Positions 25,511 to 33,511 of a stretch of DNA of 37,207 nt are shown in pieces. The notes under the pieces are model-generated. The model saw nothing but the letters and a program-made list of their open reading frames with translations. It ran no database searches and had not been told where the DNA came from. The DNA is taken from IMG/VR virus record IMGVR_UViG_3300045988_016855, one strand, 5' to 3'. The DNA comes from a virus. Position 1 is the stretch's first letter; each line of letters begins with the position of its first letter. Both the position numbers and the translations under genes were made by a program.

Positions 25511-25982
25511 CTTGCACCTCCTCAAACTTTACAAATGCCATCCAGTGGGTTGTTCCTCTTTGTTGTCCAAACAAGGGTTTAAATGGAATGACCTTTAGTA
25601 TTTCTTTTACATTTACCTGGCAATCAGACCACTTAAAGATTAACGTTCCCCCTGTTTTTAAGACCCGCATGCACTCTTCAAAACCTTTAGCCAAATCTTC
25701 AGACCAAGTTTTTTTATCAAGTTGGCCATACTGGGCTTTCATTATCGAATTAGGCCCAGCCCATTTTAAATGAGGTGGATCGAAAACAACCAAATTAAAA
25801 GTATTATTTTCAAATGGCATATTACGAAAATCGCCGACGATATCAGGATCTACGTTGACCTTTTTGCCATGTATCTCAAATTTTTCTTGCCTTATGTCCA
25901 TGAAGGTTGTGTGGCTCTCATTTTTATCAAACCAAAACATACGACTACCACAACAAGCGTCTAGTATTTTAATTTCTTCCAT
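25494..25982 (-). CDS. Small SAM-dependent (N6-adenine-type) DNA methyltransferase, orphan
   Basis: ORF track. Motif I-like ILDACCGS and motif IV VVFDPPH. No adjacent endonuclease gene. Confidence 0.65.
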   Translation of the reverse strand: MEEIKILDACCGSRMFWFDKNESHTTFMDIRQEKFEIHGKKVNVDPDIVGDFRNMPFENNTFNLVVFDPPHLKWAGPNSIMKAQYGQLDKKTWSEDLAKGFEECMRVLKTGGTLIFKWSDCQVNVKEILKVIPFKPLFGQQRGTTHWMAFVKFEEVQDDSKI

Positions 25983-26512
25983 CCTTCCACCTCCTCAATC
26001 TCAATCCCTGGGCTATCAAACACCCAGCTAAAGCCGGCTTGTTCCAACTCTTTGCGGGTGTGGGTACTTGATGAAGCACACATTTGCACTTCATTTCCAA
26101 AAAAGTATTCTTTTGTGATGTCATCACGTTTTAACGTTGACGAATAACTATGTATATTCTTCATCTTCACAATATACCTAGGTTCTTTCTTGACCGTGTA
26201 GCCGTCAAGCCATGCACGGGCGAAAATCTCTTGATTTCCTTCGACCTCAAAAAAATCTTTTAGTTTTAAATCGTCTTTTTGATTTGCATAATTGCAAAAA
26301 TATAGATCACCCATCTCTAGAGCGTGATACAGATCAACACCAGTTCCTTTGCAATACTTAATCCAACTCGCAACAAACTGCGGGATTGTGACTTTCTGCG
26401 GTTCGTCTAGTTGCTGTAAATCTTCCAAGACTCTGATGATTGCAACAACAGGAAAAATATGAAGCTTTTTAGACAGATCCTCGTAATGTTCAATCAATTC
26501 TTTTTTATTCAT
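25961..26512 (-). CDS. DUF1642-like protein (paralog B)
   Basis: ORF track 25961..26566, trimmed to MNKKELIEHY after GGAGGTGGAAG. It shares QLDExQKVTxPQFVA, RAWLDGY and GFxWVFxxPGIEIEEVE with the neighbouring gene. Confidence 0.65.
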   Translation of the reverse strand: MNKKELIEHYEDLSKKLHIFPVVAIIRVLEDLQQLDEPQKVTIPQFVASWIKYCKGTGVDLYHALEMGDLYFCNYANQKDDLKLKDFFEVEGNQEIFARAWLDGYTVKKEPRYIVKMKNIHSYSSTLKRDDITKEYFFGNEVQMCASSSTHTRKELEQAGFSWVFDSPGIEIEEVEGWKKLKY

Positions 26513-26984
26513 CTTCCACCTCCTCAATCTCAATCCCCGGACATTCAAACACCCAGCCAAAACCAAGACTGTCTAATTCTTTCTTGGTAAATTTAGATCT
26601 TAGTTTGCTTTGTAAAAAACCTAGGAAATTTTCATCTGTAGCCTTTACAAGGTACTGATCTGAAGCTGTAATCTTCACTAAATACCGCTTTTCTTTCTCG
26701 ACCTCGTAGCCGTCAAGCCAAGCACGGACAAAAGTTTCAATGTTGCCTTCGTAAAACCACTCTTGGACTCTCTTATCATGATGATCTTCAATCACTCTCA
26801 TCGCCCCATAAACATGAAAATCGTATGTTTTTTTAAAATCTATATAGTCCGCCACAAACTGCGGCACTGTGACTTTCTGTCGTTCATCGAGTTGTTTTAG
26901 TTTGTCTATCACACTTTTTGTTTTTACTGTTTCAACAAAATTGCTGACTCGTTCATACTCTGCGATCAACTCTTGTTTTTTCAT
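26505..26984 (-). CDS. DUF1642-like protein (paralog A)
   Basis: ORF track 26505..27026, trimmed to MKKQELIAEY after GGAGGA. Confidence 0.65.
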   Translation of the reverse strand: MKKQELIAEYERVSNFVETVKTKSVIDKLKQLDERQKVTVPQFVADYIDFKKTYDFHVYGAMRVIEDHHDKRVQEWFYEGNIETFVRAWLDGYEVEKEKRYLVKITASDQYLVKATDENFLGFLQSKLRSKFTKKELDSLGFGWVFECPGIEIEEVEDE

Positions 26985-27375
26985 CCCATTCCTCCAATAA
27001 ATATTCATTTTCGTAGACGTTTCCAATAACTTTGCAAAGATAATTTAGTTCAGAGTCGAGTGAAAACGTCCGCTCTTCATCTTCGTGCCTTGTTTCAAAG
27101 TAGAACCCTGTGCTATAAATTTTATAGCCAAGACTGTCGTTTTCTATATATTGTCCAAATCTAACAACTAATAGCCCTTCGTTACAATCCCTTGAAATAA
27201 TATCTCCTTCAAAGATTGTTTCCCCATCCTTGTCCTTACCGCCAGTGGCTAGCATCAAGTCCCAAAAGTCATCATCTGGATATAATCCTAAGAAGAATTC
27301 ACCTAATTCCCAATGGTCATCAAACGTTAGCATCATTTCTTCTTCTTTGTTCCAAGCTCTATATTTCGGAATCAA
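26953..27375 (-). CDS. YopX family protein (paralog 1), TTG start
   Basis: ORF track. MIPKYRAW..., DKDGETIFEGDII, VIGNVYENEYLLE. GAGGAGGTG precedes the TTG, and a TTGA overlap links it to the upstream stop. Confidence 0.7.
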   Translation of the reverse strand: MIPKYRAWNKEEEMMLTFDDHWELGEFFLGLYPDDDFWDLMLATGGKDKDGETIFEGDIISRDCNEGLLVVRFGQYIENDSLGYKIYSTGFYFETRHEDEERTFSLDSELNYLCKVIGNVYENEYLLEEWDEKTRVDRRV

Positions 27376-27890
27376 CTTGACACCTCCTCAATTCTTGCTA
27401 GCGGGTTATTTCTAAGCCATCCGAGACCATGCCGTTCGATCTCGTCGATCGTGAACGTCTGCGTAAATTCGATAGTATAGCGAGTCTCGTCTTTGATCTC
27501 TACGAGGTAAGTCTTCCATCCGTCCTTGGGATTCTTCGACTTGGACAATAGGCTCCGCAAGCTCTCTATCTTCGCCCCGGTCTGATCTGCTATCTCTTGT
27601 AGCGTTCCCGTTGCCGTGAGCTTGCCTTTGTGATAATAGGCAAACGTCCGGAGCTTGACGGGCGAACCTAGAAGATCTGTCTCGGTTATTCCAAAGAACG
27701 AGCATAGGTCCTCGATTGCATCTTGGTTCGGCATACGTGCGCCCCGTTCCCAAGCCGTAATCGTATTATAGGCCCACCCCAAGCGTCGAGCGAGCTTATT
27801 CTTTGATAAGCCTCGCTCTTTTCGAAGGCGGTCTAAATTCTTCGGGAATCGTTGACGCTGATCGCTGTCGTATTTCACTAATTCAACCAT
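27372..27890 (-). CDS. XRE-family HTH protein with a C-terminal extension, compositionally GC-rich
   Basis: ORF track 27372..27905, trimmed to MVELVKYD after GAGGTG. HTH segment LSKNKLARRLGWAYNTITAWERG. Visibly higher GC than its flanks. C-terminus GLGWLRNNPLARIEEV echoes the DUF1642 paralogs. Confidence 0.65.
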   Translation of the reverse strand: MVELVKYDSDQRQRFPKNLDRLRKERGLSKNKLARRLGWAYNTITAWERGARMPNQDAIEDLCSFFGITETDLLGSPVKLRTFAYYHKGKLTATGTLQEIADQTGAKIESLRSLLSKSKNPKDGWKTYLVEIKDETRYTIEFTQTFTIDEIERHGLGWLRNNPLARIEEVSS

Positions 27891-27901
27891 AGCGCACCTC
27901 A

Positions 27902-28687
27902 TCAAAAATGCTTTCTTCGCATGCTGGACATTCCATCGAACTTAAAACCATGGTCCTTATCAACACCCTTGCATGCACGATCCATGATGGCTTGATTGTA
28001 GACCGACTCAATATCAGCGCTACTCTCAAGATTACTTGTGATAATCGTGCAGTTGCGGTTGTCTAAGATTGAAAATAGAATGCTCTTGGACCAGTCACTA
28101 ATCTTCTCTTGTCCTAAGTCGTCCAGAACAAGAAACGGAACTTTTGAAAGCCGAGCAATCCACTTCTGCTCCGTCTGTTCCTCGTTGCCAAAATCATTTC
28201 TGATTTTAGCCAACAGCTCAGGCAATTTGATAAACATTGCATGCTTCTTCGTCCGATTCGACACGTCCTTGATGATCCCGTAGGCAAGATGACTCTTACC
28301 AACACCAGCCGGACCGAGAAATAGCACATTGTTGGTAGCTCCCTTGCAATATTCATCCACTATCCTGTTAGCAGCAGATAGCATTTCTTTCTGCCTAGTG
28401 GTTGTTGCTTCGAAGTTCCCAAGAGTAGCATTTCTCAATTCAGCATTAACGATAGACGAATTAAACAACACATCCAATCGTTTAGCTTCTGTTCGCTTGT
28501 CTTCTAGCTTCCAGTATTCCAGCTGTGTCTTCTGCTCGTCACGTTCGATAGACTCTTTACCACAAGCTTGACACACCTCGACTTGATTGGGTCCGACCGC
28601 ATACATCTGTTCACCATGTTTCGGGCATACCTTGTCAATTTTCGTCATGGCCCATCGGCCAAATACAATTACGTCTTTATCCTGCAT
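27902..28687 (-). CDS. DnaC/IstB-like AAA+ helicase loader with an N-terminal zinc ribbon
   Basis: ORF track 27902..28702, trimmed to MQDKD after GAGGTG. Walker A GPAGVGKSH, Walker B LVLDDLG, and CPKHG...CQACG. Confidence 0.8.
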   Translation of the reverse strand: MQDKDVIVFGRWAMTKIDKVCPKHGEQMYAVGPNQVEVCQACGKESIERDEQKTQLEYWKLEDKRTEAKRLDVLFNSSIVNAELRNATLGNFEATTTRQKEMLSAANRIVDEYCKGATNNVLFLGPAGVGKSHLAYGIIKDVSNRTKKHAMFIKLPELLAKIRNDFGNEEQTEQKWIARLSKVPFLVLDDLGQEKISDWSKSILFSILDNRNCTIITSNLESSADIESVYNQAIMDRACKGVDKDHGFKFDGMSSMRRKHF

Positions 28688-28835
28688 GGCCACACCTCGC
28701 ACAATCCATAAGGTGGGCCAGTTTGCCCAGCACAGCCTTTGGATTAGGATGAGATAACATGCGTTCTTTCATCGAATCACTGAGAGGATAAAATTCCTTC
28801 TCAAATGCTTCAATGACATCTGCTAATGTAATCAT
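28677..28835 (-). CDS. Small ORF (52 aa) MITLADVIEAFEKEFYPLSDSMKERMLSHPNPKAVLGKLAHLMDCARCGHAG
   Basis: Hand-translated. It starts 1 nt after the replisome-organizer stop and ends overlapping the loader start, filling an otherwise empty 134-bp gap. Confidence 0.45.
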   Translation of the reverse strand: MITLADVIEAFEKEFYPLSDSMKERMLSHPNPKAVLGKLAHLMDCARCGHAG

Positions 28836-28836
28836 G

Positions 28837-29586
28837 TTAAACTCCTATGTCATTTCTACTGTTTCGATTAGAGCGAGGACCTTCGTTTAAGTACGTTTCA
28901 AACTTAGTCCCAAACAAAGTTTCTGGCCTCAAATACTTATTCATATCTTTATTCTTCAGCCAGTCCCGGCTCTTGGTATCGATCACCTTTTTAAAATCAT
29001 CCAACCTAAAACCATCATTCCATCTAGCACGAATCAACTTACGAGTGGATTTCCCTGTGTGGGTATATCCTTTTCCGCATGTGTTATTAAGATGCTCGAC
29101 GATTTCTTGGTAAGGGATAGGTTCCTCGTGTGATTCGTCAGAATCAGCACTATAGGTAGTTAACCTATCCTTATCTAACCTATCCTTACCTAACCTATCC
29201 TGTGGCTCCGTAATGGATACATCATGTATACATTTTTTTTCAGCGTTAAAATTAGCCACTTTTGACTGATCATATTCCAAGTGAGATTTCTCATCCTGGT
29301 AAATAGTTGTTTGGAATCGGTCAGATTGGATGTAGTTGTGGATTCGCCAGTGCCGAATGACAACCACACCACTTTCGAACGGAATCAGAAACCCTTTTGC
29401 AATAAGGATTTTCATATCATCATCGCTGGCTCTGATAGTCCGCTGAATCGTTCGAGCACGGTCGATGAAGCCTTCGTCATCGGCTCCCATGTTCAGATGG
29501 AAGTAGAGTGCTTGTGCAGATAGAGGCATCTCAAGAAAATGGTCTGTGTCAGTGATTTTTTTACTGAACATTCGTCTTTGTGCCAT
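28837..29586 (-). CDS. Phage replisome organizer (N-terminal Phage_rep_org_N-like plus conserved phage C-terminus)
   Basis: ORF track. MAQRRMFSKKITDTDHFLEMPLSAQALYFHL... is characteristic. The gene contains internal iterons. Confidence 0.75.
   Translation of the reverse strand: MAQRRMFSKKITDTDHFLEMPLSAQALYFHLNMGADDEGFIDRARTIQRTIRASDDDMKILIAKGFLIPFESGVVVIRHWRIHNYIQSDRFQTTIYQDEKSHLEYDQSKVANFNAEKKCIHDVSITEPQDRLGKDRLDKDRLTTYSADSDESHEEPIPYQEIVEHLNNTCGKGYTHTGKSTRKLIRARWNDGFRLDDFKKVIDTKSRDWLKNKDMNKYLRPETLFGTKFETYLNEGPRSNRNSRNDIGV
29161..29201. repeat. Three 15-bp-spaced direct repeats TAACCTATCCT(TA): candidate origin iterons inside the replisome organizer gene
   Basis: Copies start at 29161, 29176 and 29191. 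They encode the linker GKDRLDKDRL. Confidence 0.6.
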
Positions 29587-29597
29587 TTCGTCACCTC

Positions 29598-30011
29598 CTA
29601 AAATGGTAAATCGTCATCCTTGATATCCATTGGATCTCCTGCAAATGAAGGAGGCATCTGCTCGGCCATGGAACTCTGATTTGCAGAATTATCACGCTTT
29701 TCAAGGAGTTGGAAGCTTTCAGCAACAACTTCTGTCACATAGACACGCTTACCATCTGTACCTTCATAATTTCTAGTCTGGATGCGACCGGTGATGCCAA
29801 CAAGATTGCCTTTCTTGACCCAATTCGCAAAATTTTCAGCTTGTTGACGCCACATCACGCAATTGATGAAGTCTGCATCGTACTCGCCATTTTGATTTTT
29901 AAAATTCCGATTACAAACAAGATTAAATTGGGTTGCAGCAACATTCGTTGGAGTGTAGCGTAATTCTGGATCACGAGTCAGACGACCGATTAGTACAACA
30001 TTATTGATCAT
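29598..30011 (-). CDS. ssb: Single-stranded DNA-binding protein
   Basis: ORF track 29598..30026, trimmed to [21 protein letters not shown]-fold motifs and an acidic tail DDDLPF. Confidence 0.9.
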   Translation of the reverse strand: MINNVVLIGRLTRDPELRYTPTNVAATQFNLVCNRNFKNQNGEYDADFINCVMWRQQAENFANWVKKGNLVGITGRIQTRNYEGTDGKRVYVTEVVAESFQLLEKRDNSANQSSMAEQMPPSFAGDPMDIKDDDLPF

Positions 30012-30312
30012 TGTTACCTCCAACAAATGCCTTTGTCTTTTTCAATGCCTCTAACTTTGAGTCTACTTCTTTCAATACCTCTTGCTGTAGAAGCATAACT
30101 TTTTCTTTTTCAATCAGCCAGTCCATGTGCACCTTGGCTTTTTCCAAGTCCTCGATGCCATTTTTCTTACGATAACGAAGCAGATACTTAAGTAGATTAC
30201 CTAAATGGTATCCAGTCAACTGTTCATCATTCATAAAGTTACGATGGACATCAATGGCCTCAAGACCATTCCGCCCCTGGTAGTGTTTTGGATTGTGTAC
30301 GTTGTCGCTCAT
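30001..30312 (-). CDS. DUF3310-like protein
   Basis: ORF track. NPKHYQ...EAIDV...[22 protein letters not shown] pattern. Confidence 0.6.
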   Translation of the reverse strand: MSDNVHNPKHYQGRNGLEAIDVHRNFMNDEQLTGYHLGNLLKYLLRYRKKNGIEDLEKAKVHMDWLIEKEKVMLLQQEVLKEVDSKLEALKKTKAFVGGNNDQ

Positions 30313-30518
30313 GCTGTCATCATTCCTTTCACGCTATTCTTTTTGTGGATCTCTGTCGCACGTTTATTAAGTAGTTCCCGCTGATACTTAGCGGATTTAT
30401 AATATTTCATTTTTGCTTTTTGTTTCTTGATGATTTCACGCAATACAAAAATTGCGAACCCTGAAAGTGCTGCATATGTAGCAAACGCTACTGCTAAGAA
30501 AATTTCAATAGTTGTCAT
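30309..30518 (-). CDS. Small membrane protein (69 aa)
   Basis: ORF track. TM segment IEIFLAVAFATYAALSGFAIFVL. Confidence 0.55.
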   Translation of the reverse strand: MTTIEIFLAVAFATYAALSGFAIFVLREIIKKQKAKMKYYKSAKYQRELLNKRATEIHKKNSVKGMMTA

Positions 30519-30786
30519 TAGTTTCTACCTCTACTTCAGTTGGCTTTTCTGGGAATAGTTCCCGATTGAATTTGTTGATCATAAAATCTTGGGCCTTGTT
30601 GGCTTCTTCCATTCGTCCGACAATCTCGGCCCAGCGTCCAATGCTTCTAGAGTGCGACTGCTCCCGTCGCTCCAATTCTTCAATTTTCTGTTGCTGGTCA
30701 TATGAAACCTTAATCATCACAACCGCAAACAACGAGAAGAAAAACAGAAGCATCATTGTCATATATCTTAGTTTTCTAAGGCTCAT
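30505..30786 (-). CDS. Small membrane protein (93 aa)
   Basis: ORF track. TM segment MMLLFFFSLFAVVMIKV followed by a coiled coil. Confidence 0.55.
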   Translation of the reverse strand: MSLRKLRYMTMMLLFFFSLFAVVMIKVSYDQQQKIEELERREQSHSRSIGRWAEIVGRMEEANKAQDFMINKFNRELFPEKPTEVEVETNDNY

Positions 30787-30950
30787 ATTCGAATCACCCC
30801 GTCATTCTTGAAATCTACAGCCATTTGATGCAACTGCTCTTCAAAATCACTATCAGAAAGCTTCATCAATTCGGCTTTTTCTTCGACCTTTAGCGGACGA
30901 TTGGCGTCTTGCCAATCCATTAACGCTAATAATTTGTTGATAGGTGTCAT
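30783..30950 (-). CDS. Small acidic protein (55 aa)
   Basis: ORF track 30783..31079, trimmed to the Met at 30950, which is preceded by AAAGGAG. The longer form would overlap the upstream gene. Confidence 0.5.
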   Translation of the reverse strand: MTPINKLLALMDWQDANRPLKVEEKAELMKLSDSDFEEQLHQMAVDFKNDGVIRI

Positions 30951-31017
30951 TGCTTCTCCTTTTGTGTTATAATTATTCTGTAATTCTTTGAAAAGTGCCT
31001 TTTCCCAAAGGTGCTTT

Positions 31018-31296
31018 TTATTTTTGTAAAGTTCGACAAAATCTGAGGGCATCTTCCAAATTATAGAGATACTTCCCACCTTTGCCAGATTGTTGAAATT
31101 GGAATTTCCCTTGGTCTCTCCATTCTTCTAGCTTAGTTCGTCCCCAGCCAGTAGCCTCTTGCAGTGCCTTAATAGGTACCCATGTGATTTGCTTGCTGGC
31201 TCTTCTTTTGGCTTCTTCCATGGCTTTGATGTTGAGAGTTACAAGTTCTTCGAAAAGTTTGTCTTTAAATTCTGGTCCAAATAATTCTAGAACCAT
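31018..31296 (-). CDS. Putative DNA-binding protein (excisionase/MerR-like HTH)
   Basis: ORF track. GGGAGG RBS. The segment WVPIKALQEATGWGRTKLEEW resembles an excisionase-type HTH. Function uncertain. Confidence 0.4.
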   Translation of the reverse strand: MVLELFGPEFKDKLFEELVTLNIKAMEEAKRRASKQITWVPIKALQEATGWGRTKLEEWRDQGKFQFQQSGKGGKYLYNLEDALRFCRTLQK

Positions 31297-31306
31297 GTGA
31301 GCCTCC

Positions 31307-31729
31307 CTACCCGACCAAACTCATCTGTCCGTTCCGGGCTTTAATTTCTAACTTAGTATTTGCTGATGGCTCCCAGCTATTCCAGTAGTCAAAGGCTTGC
31401 TCCTCGTCCTTACGCTTCAACAAATCATAGCGAGGGATTCGGAAGTAGTCCTTGAAGTCTTTAGCAGCCTGAGAAAATACAGATTGTGCAAAGTGTCGGT
31501 CACGGTATGCTTGGCTGTCTTTACCACCGAGCAAGGCCACAACTTTCTTCTTGCGTAGCTTTTCCAATGCTAGGCAGACCGAAGGGTTGACTGGTTGCTC
31601 ATTTTTCAAATAATCGACATCAGCTGATAAGATGGATTGTCCTTCTTTCAGCTTTTTCAATTCCTGGAGTGCATGGATTATTGCATCTTCTACCACTAAC
31701 TCGGTAGGTTGAGTTGTCACTTCATTCAT
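31307..31729 (-). CDS. ORF6C-domain-like early protein
   Basis: ORF track. C-terminal pattern AAKDFKDYFRIPRYDLLKRKDEEQAFDYWNSW. Assignment is from memory. Confidence 0.45.
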   Translation of the reverse strand: MNEVTTQPTELVVEDAIIHALQELKKLKEGQSILSADVDYLKNEQPVNPSVCLALEKLRKKKVVALLGGKDSQAYRDRHFAQSVFSQAAKDFKDYFRIPRYDLLKRKDEEQAFDYWNSWEPSANTKLEIKARNGQMSLVG

Positions 31730-32637
31730 TATTCAAATTCTCCTTCTAAAATGTTGCTTTCTTTGCGGATATCGTTTAAGTCATTGAAGAAACGAAGACC
31801 ACGGTTGATGAAGCTATCAAATTCGTTTCGGATGATTCCGTCTGCTTTGAGGACTTTCTCCTCGTCTGCGTAGATTAGACCGCCCATACTTGCCAAGAAG
31901 TCATTTCCTTTTTGAAGTAGGCTTGTGATGTTCTTGTAAGCTGAGATTTGCTTCTGTACGCTATTCAGTTGCCCTTGCGATTCTTCAATCGCTCGTGTCA
32001 ATTCATCGTACTGAGCAGATTTCTTATCGACCTCTTCACGCTGGGCCAGTGTCTCAGCAAGTTGCTTTTCGATAAATTCGGAGCGTTCTTCTATTGCCTT
32101 GACAGTTTTAGATAGTTCCTTGTTCTTTTCTAGCAATTGCTTGTTAAGGTCCTGTGTGGCCTTGTAATCGTCCGGGACGACTTCCTTGATAGTTTCCTTT
32201 ATTTCTACCTTGGAAGACTTGATTTTCTCATTTTCATTCCTTAGAAGTTCATTTGCTTGTTGACTGAGTTTGAGTTTTCTCTTAACTTCCTGTAGCTCTC
32301 GCACTGTCGGAGTGTCTCCGTCTTCGATGCGTTGGATCTGCTCCTCTTTATCTTCTTCTGGAAGAGTTGCGATCAGATGAAGTGCTGTGGTTCCTAAATG
32401 TTGCAACGTTGCAACATTTGGAAGTTCTTCTGCAACCTTCATCATTCTATGAGCTTCTGTTCGCTCGATGTTCATCTTCGTCAGCCATTCCAAAAACTGA
32501 CCATGTGCCAAGTCATTTTCTTTCACATGGTTCAATCGTCTGCCAATTTCCCAAATCGACTGGCCAGCTATTTGCTTGTGGTGACTGATTTCTAGTTCTA
32601 TCTGAGACAGATTGTTCGATAAACTAATTTCGTTCAT
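31729..32637 (-). CDS. DUF3102-like protein with a long coiled coil (302 aa)
   Basis: ORF track. N-terminus HHKQIAGQSIWEIGRRLNHVKENDLAHGQFLEWL resembles DUF3102. Confidence 0.5.
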   Translation of the reverse strand: MNEISLSNNLSQIELEISHHKQIAGQSIWEIGRRLNHVKENDLAHGQFLEWLTKMNIERTEAHRMMKVAEELPNVATLQHLGTTALHLIATLPEEDKEEQIQRIEDGDTPTVRELQEVKRKLKLSQQANELLRNENEKIKSSKVEIKETIKEVVPDDYKATQDLNKQLLEKNKELSKTVKAIEERSEFIEKQLAETLAQREEVDKKSAQYDELTRAIEESQGQLNSVQKQISAYKNITSLLQKGNDFLASMGGLIYADEEKVLKADGIIRNEFDSFINRGLRFFNDLNDIRKESNILEGEFE

Positions 32638-32640
32638 TTC

Positions 32641-32850
32641 CTACTCCTCAAATTTCTCCCATGACTCGTTGATTCGCAATTTTTTGTTAATGCGAAGTTT
32701 TAAGTCATCACTACCTTTTCCATCTTTGAAAAGTTGTGTGATAGCTGATGGACTAACACCCACAACAATGGCCAAGTCCGTCTGTGACCATCCACGTTTT
32801 TCAATTCGCTCTTTAACAAGCTCGATCCATTTGCGATGTTGTTGGCTCAT
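32641..32850 (-). CDS. Cro-like XRE HTH regulator
   Basis: ORF track. WSQTDLAIVVGVSPSAITQL. It is the first gene of the leftward early operon, divergent from the repressor. Confidence 0.75.
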   Translation of the reverse strand: MSQQHRKWIELVKERIEKRGWSQTDLAIVVGVSPSAITQLFKDGKGSDDLKLRINKKLRINESWEKFEE

Positions 32851-33147
32851 GTTTCTCCTCCTTTATTTTTTTATAGAGTTAAAGAGTTAGTAAATTATTT
32901 TATAAAATACTTGACAACTTTTACACTAATGTGTAAAATGAAAGCATAATTAAAAACCTTGATAAAATACTATATCTATCAACTAATTTGCTCGCCAAAG
33001 CTATTTATTTTTTTAGATAAGTTTTAACTTTGTTTTTTACTAACTCATTAACTTACAAAAACTATTTTACACTTAAGTATTATTTTTGTCAACAGAAAAT
33101 AACACTTTTTTATAAAATATTTTTTGTCGTGTCTTTAAAAAGGTGAT
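32851..33147. promoter_or_regulatory. Genetic switch region with divergent promoters and operator-like palindromes
   Basis: Plus-strand promoter TTGACA (32911-16)-17 nt-TAAAAT (32934-39), overlapped by the perfect inverted repeat TTTTACAC-taat-GTGTAAAA (32919-32938). Half-site TTTTACAC recurs at 33065. TTTTATAAAATA appears at 32898 and 33108. TTGTCA at 33086 lies upstream of the repressor gene. Confidence 0.6.
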
Positions 33148-33501
33148 ATGACAATGTTTTCTACACTTGAAAAAATTAAAGAGCTTGCTATGAAGCGAGG
33201 GATTAGTCTTCAAAAAGTTGCCGAAGATTTAGGTTATAGTATAAATTACCTCTATACTCTAAAAGAAAAAACTCCTAAATCTGATCGCCTGCAAGAGATC
33301 GCAGACTATTTTAACGTGTCCACCGACTACTTATTAGGACGCACAGACAATCCACATATTGCGAAAGATGGTGATGCTTCTGCACCATTAGACCTCAGAG
33401 ACATTGCTGCTCAATCAATGTTATTCGATGGTAAACCACTTACTGAAGAAGATATTGACTTTATTACAGCGGTCTTGGAGGCACACTTAAAAAATAAATA
33501 G
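33148..33501 (+). CDS. CI-like / ImmR-like XRE repressor
   Basis: ORF track. HTH ISLQKVAEDLGYSINYLYTLK. Followed by an ImmA-like protease. The start may instead be the ATG at 33154. Confidence 0.8.
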   Translation: MTMFSTLEKIKELAMKRGISLQKVAEDLGYSINYLYTLKEKTPKSDRLQEIADYFNVSTDYLLGRTDNPHIAKDGDASAPLDLRDIAAQSMLFDGKPLTEEDIDFITAVLEAHLKNK

Positions 33502-33511
33502 AGGTGCATTT

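Noticed and set aside
27412-27753. 113-aa Arg-rich ORF in an alternative frame of the GC-rich XRE gene
   Set aside because: It is a by-product of locally elevated GC, which reduces stop codons in off-frames. The XRE frame has a recognisable HTH and an RBS.
29161-29201. Short direct repeats as a possible CRISPR array (also the repeats at 9101-9286 and 36614-36804)
   Set aside because: The repeats are contiguous or coding, with no repeat-spacer periodicity of 28-37 bp repeats and unique spacers, and there are no cas genes. They are better explained as iterons, protein repeats and arm-type sites.
30951-31079. N-terminal 43 codons of the listed 98-aa ORF 30783..31079
   Set aside because: This part overlaps the 3' end of the upstream gene. 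A strong RBS precedes the internal Met at 30950, so the gene was trimmed.
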